Source: Gonapodya sp. JEL0774 (Eukaryota). From it: DNA of 55,765 nt. Of this stretch, positions 1 to 12,700 are shown in pieces. Numbering within the stretch: the stretch's first letter is position 1; each line of letters opens with the position of its first letter. Position numbers and translations under genes: made by a program. The notes beneath the pieces were generated by a model that saw only the letters and a program-made list of their open reading frames with translations, was not told where the DNA came from and did no database searches. The DNA lies in NCBI GenBank assembly GCA_027604505.1, contig JADIIX010000067.1, positions 62,001 through 117,765 of the forward strand. The letters are read 5' to 3'.

Positions 1-3000
1 CCGCATCGGTGGTTGCAGGAGAAGCTGCAAAACTTCAGGAAGTGGCGCGCCGCTCTCGGCTCTCCGGAAAGCAAGGTCTTGCAGCTGTCGCAATGAGTGA
101 AGATCAGCAGGATGCTGGAATCTGGAACCGCTGTGTTTCCGATCTCGCCGTTTTGTTCGTGAAGCATGGCAGTAAAGAGGTTCTCACCAACACGCTAACC
201 CGAATCGGCCGAAGGATAGTTCAAATGATGCCTCATATTGTGGCGGCTGCCGATCAAACCACCCCGCCCCCTGAGAAAAGCACCTCCGCGATTGTAACGT
301 GGGCCACGACCCCCTACCGTGTACTCGTTCCTCTTACGAAGTTCGGTTCCCAACCTCAGATGGCTGTCCCTCCCGCTACTGATGATATGGTGCAACAATG
401 GAAGACTTGTCTTATATTCGCAATGGCAGCACTGGACTTCGTTTCTCCAAAGAGCGCCGAGGGGCTTCAGTGGGAGAGTGCACTGCGGCGCGATCAGTTC
501 ATTGGACTTGCCGCTGCAGCGACGACCACACGCTCGTCAATTACATCGTCAAAGGCGCTGTTTCAGTTAGTTCTCCCACTACTTTCTACAGAGAAACTCT
601 CAATCAGGGGAGGCATAATTACTGCGCTTGGATGCGTTACAATTTCAAACTATTACCCGTTATTTCAAGAACTCCAGCCATTGATGGCAGTTATTGCAGA
701 TGATCACCACCAGCGATTCGGTGGAAGTGCCATGGAGCAAGGCTTTGGTCAAAGAATGCCAATGACTGTGTCGCAGCAACCTCGACCTCGATCAACAAGT
801 GGCTTGTTGGCACTGGCTTCTAGTAGCTCACAGATGAACGCTGCAGCAAAGAAGATTGAGCGGCTTCGCACCGAGGTCGCGCACTTGTTTTCGCTCACTT
901 CTTGCTTCGTGATGGATGACAAATGCAGGAAAGACCCCGCCGTTCTCTCCTCAGTCGCTCAATATATCATACAAGGCTCAAGGTTTCTCAGCGACCCTAC
1001 AGTCCAAACAGACTGGACCTTTCTCCTTTATCGTTATCACTTTTGCAGTCTGGTATGTCGACCCTATTTATGCGTACGGATTGGTACGGAACGTCAACGA
1101 GCTTTACAATGTTCAAGGTTGAAAAACTCTACAAGTTGTGCTCACCAAGCTCAATTCCCGAAGAGCAACACCCTCAGTTCCTCAATTTGGAGTCTCATTT
1201 CACGGTCGAGATTCGTGGGACAACGGCCGAAGTACGAATTCGGGAACTATTCTCCTCGGAAATGCGACATCTATTGTTCAAGCTCGCCGAAAGGTAAGAT
1301 TTCTGATAAGTGTCGAACCCTTTGCTGATGTTTAAACCATTCTGATGGATTTCTGCAGCTGGTGTGGTCATGGTCCGATGGGTCCCTTAACACTGGCAAG
1401 AGATACAAGAACCATCAATACAGCCATTGAAATTATCAGAGATCCTCGAGAACGATCAAACTTGGCGATAACCATGCACGAACAACGTCAGCTCCTCGAA
1501 TACGCCGCTCTGAAATGTATGACCGTATTGTTAAGGGGGCCTCTCGTCGCAACAGAACGTAACTCGGAGACTTCTGGCAGAGATGAGAACGCGATGAGAC
1601 GAAAGGGCCGACACTCGAAAAATGTCTCAGAAGGGGGCAACAACGATGATTTAAGAACTGCAGCGACATTGGTTGATGCCACGGATGAAGTGGGGGAACC
1701 TTCTGGCTCCTTCGACATTGAATCTGTCTTTTTGTGGATTGAATCATTATGTGAGCTATAAACTCGCATTTTGTGGATGGCACTCGCTCATAAGTTTCCG
1801 AAAGTCAAAGGATCCGACCAAACCATCCAGGCAATAGGGAGAACAGCTTTGAAAGCTCTCATTGAAAGCAGCAAAGATGACGGCGCGCTTATTGTACGGC
1901 TGATGAAACACTGTTACGTGCCAGGGAATGCCATTTTCGACCGAGCCTGTTTCACTGGGTTGGCAGATGCAATGAGCACAATTGAAGACTTCCGGTGCCG
2001 CCTCGTGAGGCAAATGGCTTTGGCTCTGACCAAAGTTGGAGACGAGAATATTGTGGTTAGGAAGTCGGCATTGAAGCTTATTGGAAGTGTCCAAACCCGG
2101 CTACTGGGTGACGAACTTCCTTCCTCTGGCAACGTACGATCTCCGCCGGTGACAATGGATGATAGCGAATACACTCTCGCATGCGCAGCCTTACCAGGAG
2201 ATTCAGAAGCTATTCAGAGATTGTTTTCGGTGCGACTGGCAATGTCACACCCAGAGCAATCCCTTGAGGTATAGTGGGAACTTTCTCAATCGTTTGGAAG
2301 ATCCGGTAGCTGAACTGATTCCCTTTCACAGATGATGTCCGAGTTTTTCTACTGGCTCGATGTGATAGATAGCGCGTCCATTGCTCCCGTTCACACCAAA
2401 ACGAAGGAGGCAGTAATCAGGCTGATGCTACGCATGCTTGTTCCGTGGATCCGCAACCTCAACTTAGCGAACCCCGCACAGCTAACCGTGTTTATGGCAG
2501 CATATTCTCACAAGAGCGACCCAACTCTGGAAGAATTCCAAAAGAATGTGACGGATGGCGTCCTCACAAACTTTTTGGTACTCACAGTTCGTCACATGGA
2601 CCGATTCCCCACCGAAGTCGAGGCTCTCTGGAGAAACTGGCTTGAAGATTTGTGAGTTAATGAGGCTGTCACAAAGTTCCGAGTTCCATTTTCAAAGTTT
2701 CTTTAGGTCCACCATGGACTTGGGGATCCGCGCCTACCAATCATTGAATTCAGTGGTTGACGATGATGCCGATGTGTGGTCAAGAGGACCCGGAGGTGCA
2801 GAGGCCCATCTGGCGATGTTATTGGATTTCCTTCTCACAATTGGAACAAGTGTTCGGAACAACGTGTTTCTCAGTCTGGCGAGACACATTGTTGCCATCG
2901 CCGTGAAATCTCGGGTTGGCCTTGTTCATCTTGTTCAAAAGCTTGTCTCGGAGATCACGATCAAAAATTTTCTGCCGCCGAAATTAACGGCTGATCGTGG

Positions 3001-5177
3001 GCAGCAAGAACCAGAGGACGCGGATATACCGCAAGGAACTGTTCGTACTTTTGCCCTGTCTGCTCTTACGGACTCAAGCGCCGCTAGTAAACCCTCAACG
3101 ATACCTCCTAATCGGTATCTATACGTCGCTGATTTGGATAGAGAGCTTGTTTCTACTCCAAGAAGACCACCGTATTCTCGAGCACAACTTGCTACAATGC
3201 TAATGAGAGACTCTACTTACGACTTGGGCTCGGAGGTATTCTTGGAGTACCTTCCGATACTGGTGCATACTTGCGTGGTTCATTTTGATGCACCGGTGAC
3301 TGTCATCAGCGAGGATATGAAAACCTTTTTTTTCCATTTGTTTCAAACAATAGTTCCCAGTTCCGTCGCAGGAGCTTCGATCCTGTCGAAACGTCTGGAA
3401 GATTCTCGAGGACAACGGTTGTGGGCTAACGAAGATCTCACACCAAACACGACCACGGAGTCGGTTCCTAGCAATGCGGAATTAACGGAATTCGTAAATT
3501 TGGTGGAGTCGGTGCTGGTTGCTGTCGACGAGGATTTTGGTCAAAAATGGGGGGAGGTGGCTCTGCTGTGGAGCACAACATCTTCAATCCGCCACACCGC
3601 TTGCCGCTCACTTGAAGTTTTCCGAGCAATTATGCCAGCGGTGACATTAGACATGCTAGGTGACTTCCTCGGAAGATTGGGTAAAACAGTTGGCGCGCGG
3701 TCGGATGAGGCGCAAGGCTTTGCTCTAGAAGCTCTTAACACTCTGAGAGCAATGGTAGAGCCGCTCCAGCGAGATGAAATTCTGCAATTCCCGCAATTTT
3801 TTTGGGCTTGTGTTGCAACCCTAGAGAGCCCGCACGAATGGGAGTTTTTACGCGCAGCGGAAATATTGGAGAAAATTCTGCGGAAAATGGACCTTAAAGA
3901 TGTGCAGGCCATGGATATGCTGAGGGGCACCATTCCTCGTGACTGGCAGGGAGGTTTCCCAGGGCTTCAACCTCTACTACTGAAGGGTTTGAGTTCCTCT
4001 GTCACCGAGCCGGTTTCGCTGACGCTCTTGAACTACCTTCTCAGACTTGATCACACAATCGTAGATGCATCCAGTGGGCGTGTTTTGTTCGGTCTGCTCG
4101 CTAACCTCCCTCGAATGCTTAACCGCTATGATGCGAGCCCTGAGCAGGAGGTGCTGAAGGAGGAAGCCTCTTGGAACATTGAAGGAGATCTAGCTGCGCT
4201 CGCTCGTGAGAAAGGTTTTGATGCCATAGGCAAGCAACTGAGTTTGGTCATCAGGACAAAGTTCCGCACGAAGTCGGAATACCTTGCCTTCATCATCAAA
4301 GGCATCGAGGAGAGCTACTTCCCGGCATTCGAGTTACCAACATTGCGATTTGTCCTAGGACTTCTTGGCAATAGTAAGGAGATCTACCGCCGCAACTCAT
4401 TGCAGATTCTGAAACTCTTGATCCCGAGGATCGACCTTTCTCAGTATATGGATCTCATCATGGTCGAAGACGGCCTGCTCACTCCAATCCTCGACCTCCT
4501 GCGATCGGACCTTGCCTCTGAGGTGCTTGAAGTTTTGGACGCACTGCTTGGACAGGACGACCTTTCAGACACCCGGTATATCTTTAGCGCGCGGAAGATG
4601 CAGAAAATTTGTCGGAACGTCAACCCATTCGACGGTCCCAATCCCGTTTCTTCCACGTCTCGCTCCGATAGTAAAGAAGAAGAGGTCAATCTAGCCACGG
4701 GATGGAGGGTTCATGACCGTCAAAAGGTTTCCGAGGTGGTCAAGCACAATCTCGGTGTGGTGGCTTCGACGGCGTATACAAATGATCCGGAGGACGAGGA
4801 GCAAGGATTCTTATCGTCTGGAACTTTTTCGAGGTTGAACCGATCAAGTGCGAGCTTACCACAGAGCGAAGTAGGAAGTGCGGGGCCGGAGCCGGTCGTT
4901 GAACGGGTGGATATCACCAACACGTGGGTGTTCTTGTCCCAACTTCAATTGTCGATCTTCGAATGTCGTAACCTAAAATGTTACTCATCACACACTCGAA
5001 CCCTGCAGTCTGATGCAGAACCTCGATGAGTTCTACTCCACTGTGACGTCCAGGATAAATGCCCTTGACTCGCCACCAATGCCTCGACACCAACAAGACT
5101 CGGGTGGTGGATCCAAGGAGGAATCTAGAGCGAGTACAAGACCGGAGACACCAAGTCGAGGCGGTGGGGGCGGTTAG
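1..5177 (+). CDS. TAO3: Cell morphogenesis protein TAO3/Mor2/Furry (RAM/MOR network scaffold); 5'-truncated by the window edge, multi-exon
   Basis: ORFs 9-1328, 923-1297, 1345-1761, 1771-2274, 2332-2655 and 2555-5029 can be joined by GT-AG introns (e.g. ~1053-1117, 1293-1358, 2269-2331, ~4924-5009). Furry-family motifs: WGEVALLWSTTSSIRHTACRSLEVFRAI, FPQFFWACVATLESPHEWEF, FPGLQPLLLKGLSS. Last exon reads LMQNLDEFYS...GGGGG to TAG at 5177. Confidence 0.92.
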
Positions 5178-5314
5178 GGAACAGAGTCGTTGACTGTGGT
5201 TACCAGTGAGGAATGAAATACTGTACCATATATGCCGTAATTTCAATTTTTATTGTATGTACAGTTATGTGTAATGACAGAACCATGTATTATCTGAGTA
5301 CACGCATGAGTCTG

Positions 5315-7186
5315 TTATGGCCTGGGATCCCCTCTTCGCAACCCATCTTCCACCCCACTCCCGCTATCCCTCCTTCCTCTTTTCTCATCTCTCCACGCTG
5401 CGAAGTCCTTCCCTCCTCCCCGATCCCTCGACCTCTCCCTCGACCGGTCCCTGTTCCCGTCGTCCCGTCCGCCTTTCCTCCTCCCCACCTTGTCCACACT
5501 CACATCGTCCTCATCCGATCTACCCCCACTCCACCGTCTCTTTTTACTCTTCCTCGAATCTCCCCTGTCGGGCGTTCTGCTCCGACTCCTGCTCCGGCTG
5601 GCTCCGGACAGGTCCGAATCCTCGTCCTCGCCATCCGACCTGCTCGACCGCCTCCTCTTCTTGTGCTTCGATCTTCGTTTCTCCCTGTCTCTATCCCTAT
5701 CTCTGTCCCTATCTCTATCCCGCCTGTCCTTGCGGTCCTTGTCCTTCCTCCTCCTCTTGCTGGATCCCGTTCCCAGTCCTGGCGGTCTCGCCGGGCCTTC
5801 CTCGTCGAGTTCGTCGTCTGCGACCAGACTATACCCTCCCACGACCGTGGGTGCTTTGGAAGGGCGGAGCACGAGCGACGCAGATTGAGAGGGGATGGTT
5901 GTGGGAGCGGGGAGGTTGGCAAGCAACGCGTGGGCAGCGTTGGAGGCGGAAACGGCGGCGCGCTGGTGTAATAGGGTACGGTTCATGATAAGAAGACACA
6001 TTGAAGTGGAACAAACGAGAAGAGGCAGTTTACTTCAGCTGCGTCCTCGTCTCGATATCCGGATCTGCTCCTCGTCTCTTCAAGATACGTCTTGGCGTTT
6101 GCATTTGCCGGATCAATTTTGAGCGCGTGTTGGAAGTCGAAGATGGCGTCGCGGTAGCGTTTGGTGTTGGCGTAGCTGAAATGTCGAGAGTGCCAGAGTG
6201 AAGAGTTGTACGGGGGACTAGGTCAGCGAGTGGACGAAGCATGCCGAGCTCCAAACTTTTCCGGAGCCATACTCGTTCGAAGTGGATTCCCGTTTGTGAG
6301 CGGTGTAGGCATACTTCCCAGATTTGTCCATCGCACCGTCCTGTTCTCTTCTTCGCCAGTTCTCCGCCATCATCCAAAGGACACTCACGCGCAACCTCTG
6401 CCCACGTACGCCTCCGCATAGTCCGGATCGATATCAATAGCGTGACTGAACACCTTGACGGCCTTGTCGTTCTCCTTTTGCTTCACAAGTTTGGACCCCT
6501 GTGCGGTACTGGAGACCATAAAGGAACCAAACTGGAAACTGCTGAACGCTGTTCTTTGCGGGTTTACGCGATAGAACCGCGTGGGTTCGAAAACATGGAT
6601 CCGGGATGCTCACGTGCCCTCGGCCCATTGGCGGTTTTGGCGCTTTCGAAGAGCCAGGTAATCCTCCTTTTCCTCATTTCTGAGCGGGGCGAGCCCCCAG
6701 TTTTGAGTAATCGGAAGTGTTCAGTACGGCTCTCTAACACGGACCACAAGGAGAATCTATCACTCACTGTACGAGCTTATGCCTGTCCATCAAGAAAAAG
6801 TCCGTATCCTCCACATGCCACGCTTCCTTCCATTGCTCGTATGAGTAGGGATTATCAATTGGAAATGCATGTCGATGTGTTGGTGGAAGAGGTAATCGAT
6901 CCTTGACTCCTTCGCCAAAGACAGGATTCTTGCCCAGTTTCTCCAAAAAATGTGTTCGTCGCTTCGCGGTCGGCACGCTAACATCCGCCAAGTATGCCGC
7001 TATGGAAGCATCCACTGCGATCATAGGGGGAGGAGGATGGAAAGGTGGTGGAGCCGGCAACCCAAGGAAAGGCCGTGGCGACGGGATGTTATGGCGCGGC
7101 GTCGGGTACGGCGAGCGAGATGCTTGAGGGTAAGGCGAAAGTCCGTTTGACAAGGCAGGTTCTCTGGCCGGCGGCGGCGGCAGCAT
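5315..7186 (-). CDS. TTC14: TTC14-like TPR protein with a C-terminal RD/RS/K-rich low-complexity tail; multi-exon
   Basis: Spliced exons read NEEKEDYLALRKRQNRQWAEG / VKQKENDKAVKVFSHAIDIDPDYAEAYVGRGCA / YANTKRYRDAIFDFQHALKIDPANANAKTYLEET. This matches my recollection of the TTC14 ALRKKQSASWA motif followed by TPRs. ORF 5315-6001 has RDRDRDR and SRSRSRS tracts. Confidence 0.72.
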
Positions 7187-10103
7187 CTTAGAAAGGTGTT
7201 GAGTAGATAGTTATGAAGGTATTTGACTGCTCTGACCATATTCTTTGCACCAAGTGCTGTCTCAGAGATCCCCAGTTCTGGCCTGGTTTTATTACGTAAA
7301 GACGGCGATTAAGGCAACTGCAAATTACTTAATTCTGCGGCGTTATCAAGGTGCCGGGATGTATAGCTGGTCCTTCCCTGTGTGTCGTTCGTTGTGCGTT
7401 GAAAGATGGGCAGCACTAGAAGCTGGAATGGAAGGAGCGCCCTCTGGAATGGAATGGAAGACGGTACGTTTCCCTTGTGCGGACAGCATCACTGTCCTCC
7501 CAAAAGCACAAAGGTTCTTTGTCTAAGTGCGTTGTGGCCTTGTGGGCTGATGCCAGGAGCTTCATCAGCCATTATGACCATGTGCCACATGTCACAAATG
7601 AGCATCTTCTTGCAAGAGCCCCATTTTTGGTGATTGGCTACTCACTTTGTGTACAATTGTGGGAACAATCAGCTTTGGAATGGGGTTGGACATGCATGCA
7701 TTGGGGTGTGCAGGTTGGGCGAATGTTTCATTCGCCATTTGAAACAAACAATGCAGGTCACGTTCATGTTGATCTCTAATTCGTAAACCGAGAGCACGCT
7801 ACCTCGCTTTTGGTAGTCGTGGAGGCAGCCTGTGCTGTAATGCTTTCGTATACCTATATACTTGCAGAAGAGCTGGAGTGCATGGAATTTTACTTCTGAA
7901 AGACAAGAAAGACAGTGTGTCCAGGTTTTGATCCACCACCTTAAGATGTACATAACCCCATCCCCCGCCCCTTATGATGGTGGAGGTGTCGTGGGGAACC
8001 GTGATAGAATAAATGCCCTGACTATGGGGAACCATGTATTTCGGTAGTCGTATGAGGACGTCATTTGATCACTCCTAGGGTTTTCAGGCAGTGGACAGAG
8101 AGTTTGGTGGTGGTGTACATTATCTGAACCAAAGTTACCAACTCAACACTATCTTCAGCCCATTATCGATGGTGCCCACACGTCGAGCGCCGATTGCACA
8201 ATATGAAGGCAATGGATCCAATTTTAATGGTTCCATCGAGAAGAATTCCGTGAGTTGAACCGAGAATCAGACGATCAGCATCGTGTCTCTGAAAGTGTCC
8301 ACCGGTATATGAGATGTCACCACTGGGCTCTTTGCCGTGGGCCTTTTGATTATCGGACGATCTCAACTCATCTTCGCTAATGTCTTAACTGGATAGTATC
8401 GTGCTCAACTACCAGCAAGACCCGAATGCTGCGAAGCCAACGCAGACAGCCAACGAGCAGGAGGAGCCCACTCCCAGAGGACGGACAGCCGGGGGCCTGG
8501 GGCCCTGGGGACCGGGCACAGGATTCGGACTCCAGAAAGCAGTTCTTGAGGTAAGCTCTGACCGGTCTCTCGGCGATGGATACTGCCAGAACTATGTGTT
8601 CCCATATGTTCCAACGACTTGCCATTTTCCTGGTTCATCACAAGAACCGCCTCACAATCCATCAAAACCCGCCAAGCAGACACCGCAGAGACGGATGATC
8701 AACTTGCATTAAATCAGAGTACGTCAACATCTGGTACCGAGGAGTATAGTATAGCTCTGACCGCGTCTTACTATGCTTGATTCGACGCAATCCAGAAACT
8801 TGAACGCCTGCTTCCAAAATGACCCCCACCAAACCTAAGAAAGGACTTATCACACTTTATAAGACTAGTCCCCTTGATGGACCAGCCTACGAGTGGTACT
8901 TGGTGTCCGAGGGCTCTCTCAAACCGTCGCCTACAGGTCACACTGTCTCGCTCCCAGTGGCCAAAGCAAAGGCTCCCCTGAAGGCGAAGGCTGTACCGAC
9001 ATCTTCATCTCCGGTACAGGATGCCGTTGTTCCCGCTGTAGCTACCAAGAAAGGCAGCTGTCCTCCGGCTGTCTCTGCGAAAGGCAAATCTGCCGCAGAC
9101 ACTGCTATTAAATGCGAAACAATCTAGATCCACCATTGGAAGATGATGACGGTGAGGACGAAATTATGGTTAGCAGAAAAATTCCCACACCTCATCGAAC
9201 TGCCGCTCCAAGCAGTCCTCCCAGACTTCCACTGCTGGATCTGTCGAGGTTGTGAAGGAAGGTCAGACCCCATCCGCTCCCACCAAAACACCAAAAACTC
9301 AAGCCAACCTTTCACGCAAGAGCTCCCTTTCATCTTCTGCCTATTCTTTGTTAGCACCTCTCGTTGACGCCGAACCTCGCGTGGATCCCTGCCCTGCTGC
9401 CAAGAAGGACCCTCCTCCGCCAAACAGCACCAGTATCAATTATCGGCACAACCCTCGTGCCATCCAAGTCAAAGCCTGCTGTTGTTTGAGTGCCACCAGT
9501 AGCGCCGTTGAAAGATGCGGACATTTCATTTGACGCAGTTTTAGTTGGGCTCGTGGGGCCGTATGTTAAGTACGTCAAGACCAGAGGAAGAGTTGATCAT
9601 GGGACAGCAAGGTCGTTAATAAGGCGCTATGCTTCATGGTCTGGTGACTGGTGATGATTTGACTTCATTCAAACCCTTCACTCTCGGGTAGGCCTGTTCT
9701 GTTTCAAATACTCTACCATACCGAGTGGCAAATGGCTGGACTGAAAGTGAACGACAAGTTCCAGAACTCAAGGTGAACGTTGAGGGAGGGAGAAAGGTGT
9801 GTTGACCGTACAACTGCAAACCATCCATTACAAGTTATTCTGTAACTAATATCAGTGCCTCTCCGACCATGATGGACTTGGGAAGTGTTGCAGATTAAAA
9901 ATTGCGAGGGCATACTACATCCACATGATGCTCCACAAATATCACAAATTTCCAGGAGTTTCCTAAAGTTATGTTTGCATACGTTTCATTTGGGTAGTCA
10001 TGAGTTGTCCTCCACAAAGAAAATCTGGCATAAAGATTGCCCACAATCATCATTGACCACAGCAGCCATCAAATTTCATTTCTGTCTGCCAACGACTTGC
10101 CCC

Positions 10104-12284
10104 ATGGCAAACATGCTATCAGACGGTGCCCTGACCATCGAGCTCATCTTGTATTCTGAGATTGTCGTCGCGAACGGGGCGAATCCTCCACCAAAAGCGC
10201 ATTATAAAGCCGAATTCCTCAAGTGCTTGAAAGCCCACCTCAAACTAAATGGTACCGCAACGAGCAACAGAAAGTCCACAAACAGCAAAGACATTCACTT
10301 TCCAAACCGAGATGGTTGTTCTCCTTGTGTCTTCTGGAGTTGCCGACTTGAAGCTCACTGTTCACTTGCCCCACATTTTGCTACATTGGAATCAGGCACG
10401 AAAAACTTCTCCATTTCGCAGAGAAAAGTCACGAAGGTGGTGACTGATGAAGGATGGCAATTGGTGAGTTGGGGTTTCATTTGATTCTCCACCGCACCAC
10501 TAACGGGGCAATGGAGAAAAGGAGGGACACATCACCACCGCTCCCAAAGTGAAAGTCATGACTCAACTCACCGAGAAAACCAACTCCAGTGAACTCATCC
10601 AGGCCGATAAGGTCCAGCGGTCATCGGCGGAGGTCGTTATAGATGTCTTCACTCAAGCATTCCAAACTGCTTCTGATAAGCTGCTTGAGACCGTCGCAGG
10701 TATGTGTTGAGAATCTTGAAGTAAAATCCTGTGTGTGAAAGTGACATTAAGTGTGAATGTGGTGTGAACCATTTTTGCTCTCGACGAACAATTGAAAGAG
10801 CAATTCTACCCGATTATGAACGAAGGGGCAATAATTCTTCGAAAATTCTTAATCGCGGTCCTAAACCAAACCAACATCTCGTCTGGTGCATATTTCACGA
10901 GAAGGCACTTGACCGCAAAACACACCCACTCACCGATCTTGAAGAGATCACGTTCATCGATCTGTACTACGTTTTGAAGATGTACGCAGTGACGAGTGTT
11001 TCCGAGTTGTCAGGTACACCTTGTCCTGCGAAGCAGAAGAGTTCTCAACCTCGACAAAGCTAGCCACAAAAAGGGGAATTCGGGGAAAAGCCTTCAGCAA
11101 TCTCCATGATTGGCGCAATGAGCACCACGGTCACAGCGACAATCTCTTCCCCACCCTCCCTGCAGTACAATACCTTGTCCTCTTGGACTCGCTGGCCAAC
11201 TGCATCAATGTGATCGAGTGGAGCAAGGTGCCATGCGACTAATTGATGAAGACCGCATGTGAGAATGACACGAGGAAAGTCGAAGCTGACACAAGGTGCG
11301 TGACGACATTCAAGATTTCCGTTGGAGAAAACTCACAAATTCCATCAGGAGCCTCACATTTTTGTACACTTCTACGTACTCCCAAGTGGCGAATCGGAAC
11401 CTCCAGGCAGCCTTTATGTTGGACAGTGCGAGTCGGAAGGTCAAGAATACGATCCGCGACGCCGAGGCTCGCACAGGAAAGAAGCTATACATTGTGTTAG
11501 GGCCGTATCAGACACACGGGCCTGTGCCACCCCATCGCCCAGAAACGCTTACCACAGCTACCGCGGAGCCGGGAATGGTTGAGGCTGCAGAGTCCATGGC
11601 TGCAACAATGGGACCCAACCTGGCGATTCCGACAATCTTTGTCTGTCTCAAGGAAATTGTTAGGGCACCGTGTGAAGTTCATACCACCCTGAAAGAATTG
11701 ACGGACAAGTTCCGGCATACCAAGCTATGATTTGACACCGTGGAGGAGCGATTCCAGTTGCCGAGAAGATGCGATGAACACGTTCCAGAAGATACTGAGG
11801 AGAAGAACGTGGTTGTCGATGGAGGATGCAAAAGAGCACGGGAAGCCGTCAATGCCATGATGGATGAAATCTCCGTGCTTGTAAAGGGCCCAGACATGGA
11901 TGAGTTGCTGCGACATGAAATCACCAAAGATTTCCAAGCGAGTGAGGATCAGAACTCGTTCATTAGAATTCACGAAAACTCACCAGCCAACCGTCAGTTC
12001 TCAAGACCTCGAACGGAAGAGTGGCGTTCCGTTCCGGCAAAAATCCTGATCGCGTAAAGGTATCGATCGGAGCGAGCGTCAACGGATCTCAGAGAGCAAA
12101 CATTCGAGTGATGCTCTCAAGCGAGCTAAAAATCAAGCAGGAGGACGTGCAGGTCTCGGCAATCAATCTTGAGGAAGAAAAAGAGGAGCGCGAAATCAAG
12201 AAGCAAAAGAAACTCCATAGTAAGAACCACGATCGGAGTGTAAAGGAAGGAGACGTTTTCCGATTAAGCTTACCGACAATCTGA
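10104..12284 (+). pseudogene. Decayed multi-exon gene with HeH/LEM-like, HEPN-like (RNxxxGH) and charged helical segments
   Basis: Protein-like fragments in shifting frames: LTIELILYSEIVVANGANPPPKAHYKAEFLKCLKAHL; EQFYPIMNEGAIILRKFLIAVL; IDLYYVLKMY; FSNLHDWRNEHHGHS. ORFs 11296-11730 and 11740-12057 are in frame and separated by one TGA, which is CGA in the inverted copy. Confidence 0.5.
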
Positions 12285-12426
12285 TAATAGCGACACTCGA
12301 GGAGTACAGCTCTGACTCGGCAACTGGAATCGCTCCTCCACGGTGTCAAATCGTAGCTTGGTATGCTGGGACTCGTCTGTCAATTCTTTCAGGGTGGTAT
12401 GAACTTCACGCGTTGCCCTAACAATT
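11655..12426. repeat. 111-bp inverted repeat (arms 11655-11765 and 12316-12426, 7 mismatches, 550-bp spacer)
   Basis: Direct comparison: AATTGTTAGGGCACCGTGTGAAGTTCATACC...CCAGTTGCCGAG against the reverse complement of 12316-12426. Confidence 0.95.
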
Positions 12427-12539
12427 CGACTCTCGAATCGCAACAATGTCAACGTGAGTTCCTTTCTCTGATCAGAAGCCTCCGCTTCTTCTCAAGTAAT
12501 GGTTCTCCACATCCCATTCAAAAGAACCCTACCCAATCG

Positions 12540-12700
12540 TTCATTTGTGCAGAACGGTGTGGGGTGACTGGGCAAATTTGCGGCACCACCTTCACCCGAA
12601 AATTTGACCTCGGCCGCCATTCTCAGCGCATTCACATCCCCCCACCTGACTGTATCATCATGAGATGCGGGTGCGGGGTTTGTAAGCAAAAAAAAATGTT
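12540..12700 (+). other. C2H2 zinc-finger coding fragment (gene context unclear)
   Basis: ORF 12363-12836 contains CGVTGQICGTTFTRKFDLGRHSQRIH, fitting C-x3-F-x5-L-x2-H-x4-H. Confidence 0.6.

Noticed and set aside
5213..5988. Long + strand ORFs (252, 223 and 132 aa)
   Set aside because: Antisense shadows of the repetitive RD/RS tail of the TTC14-like gene.
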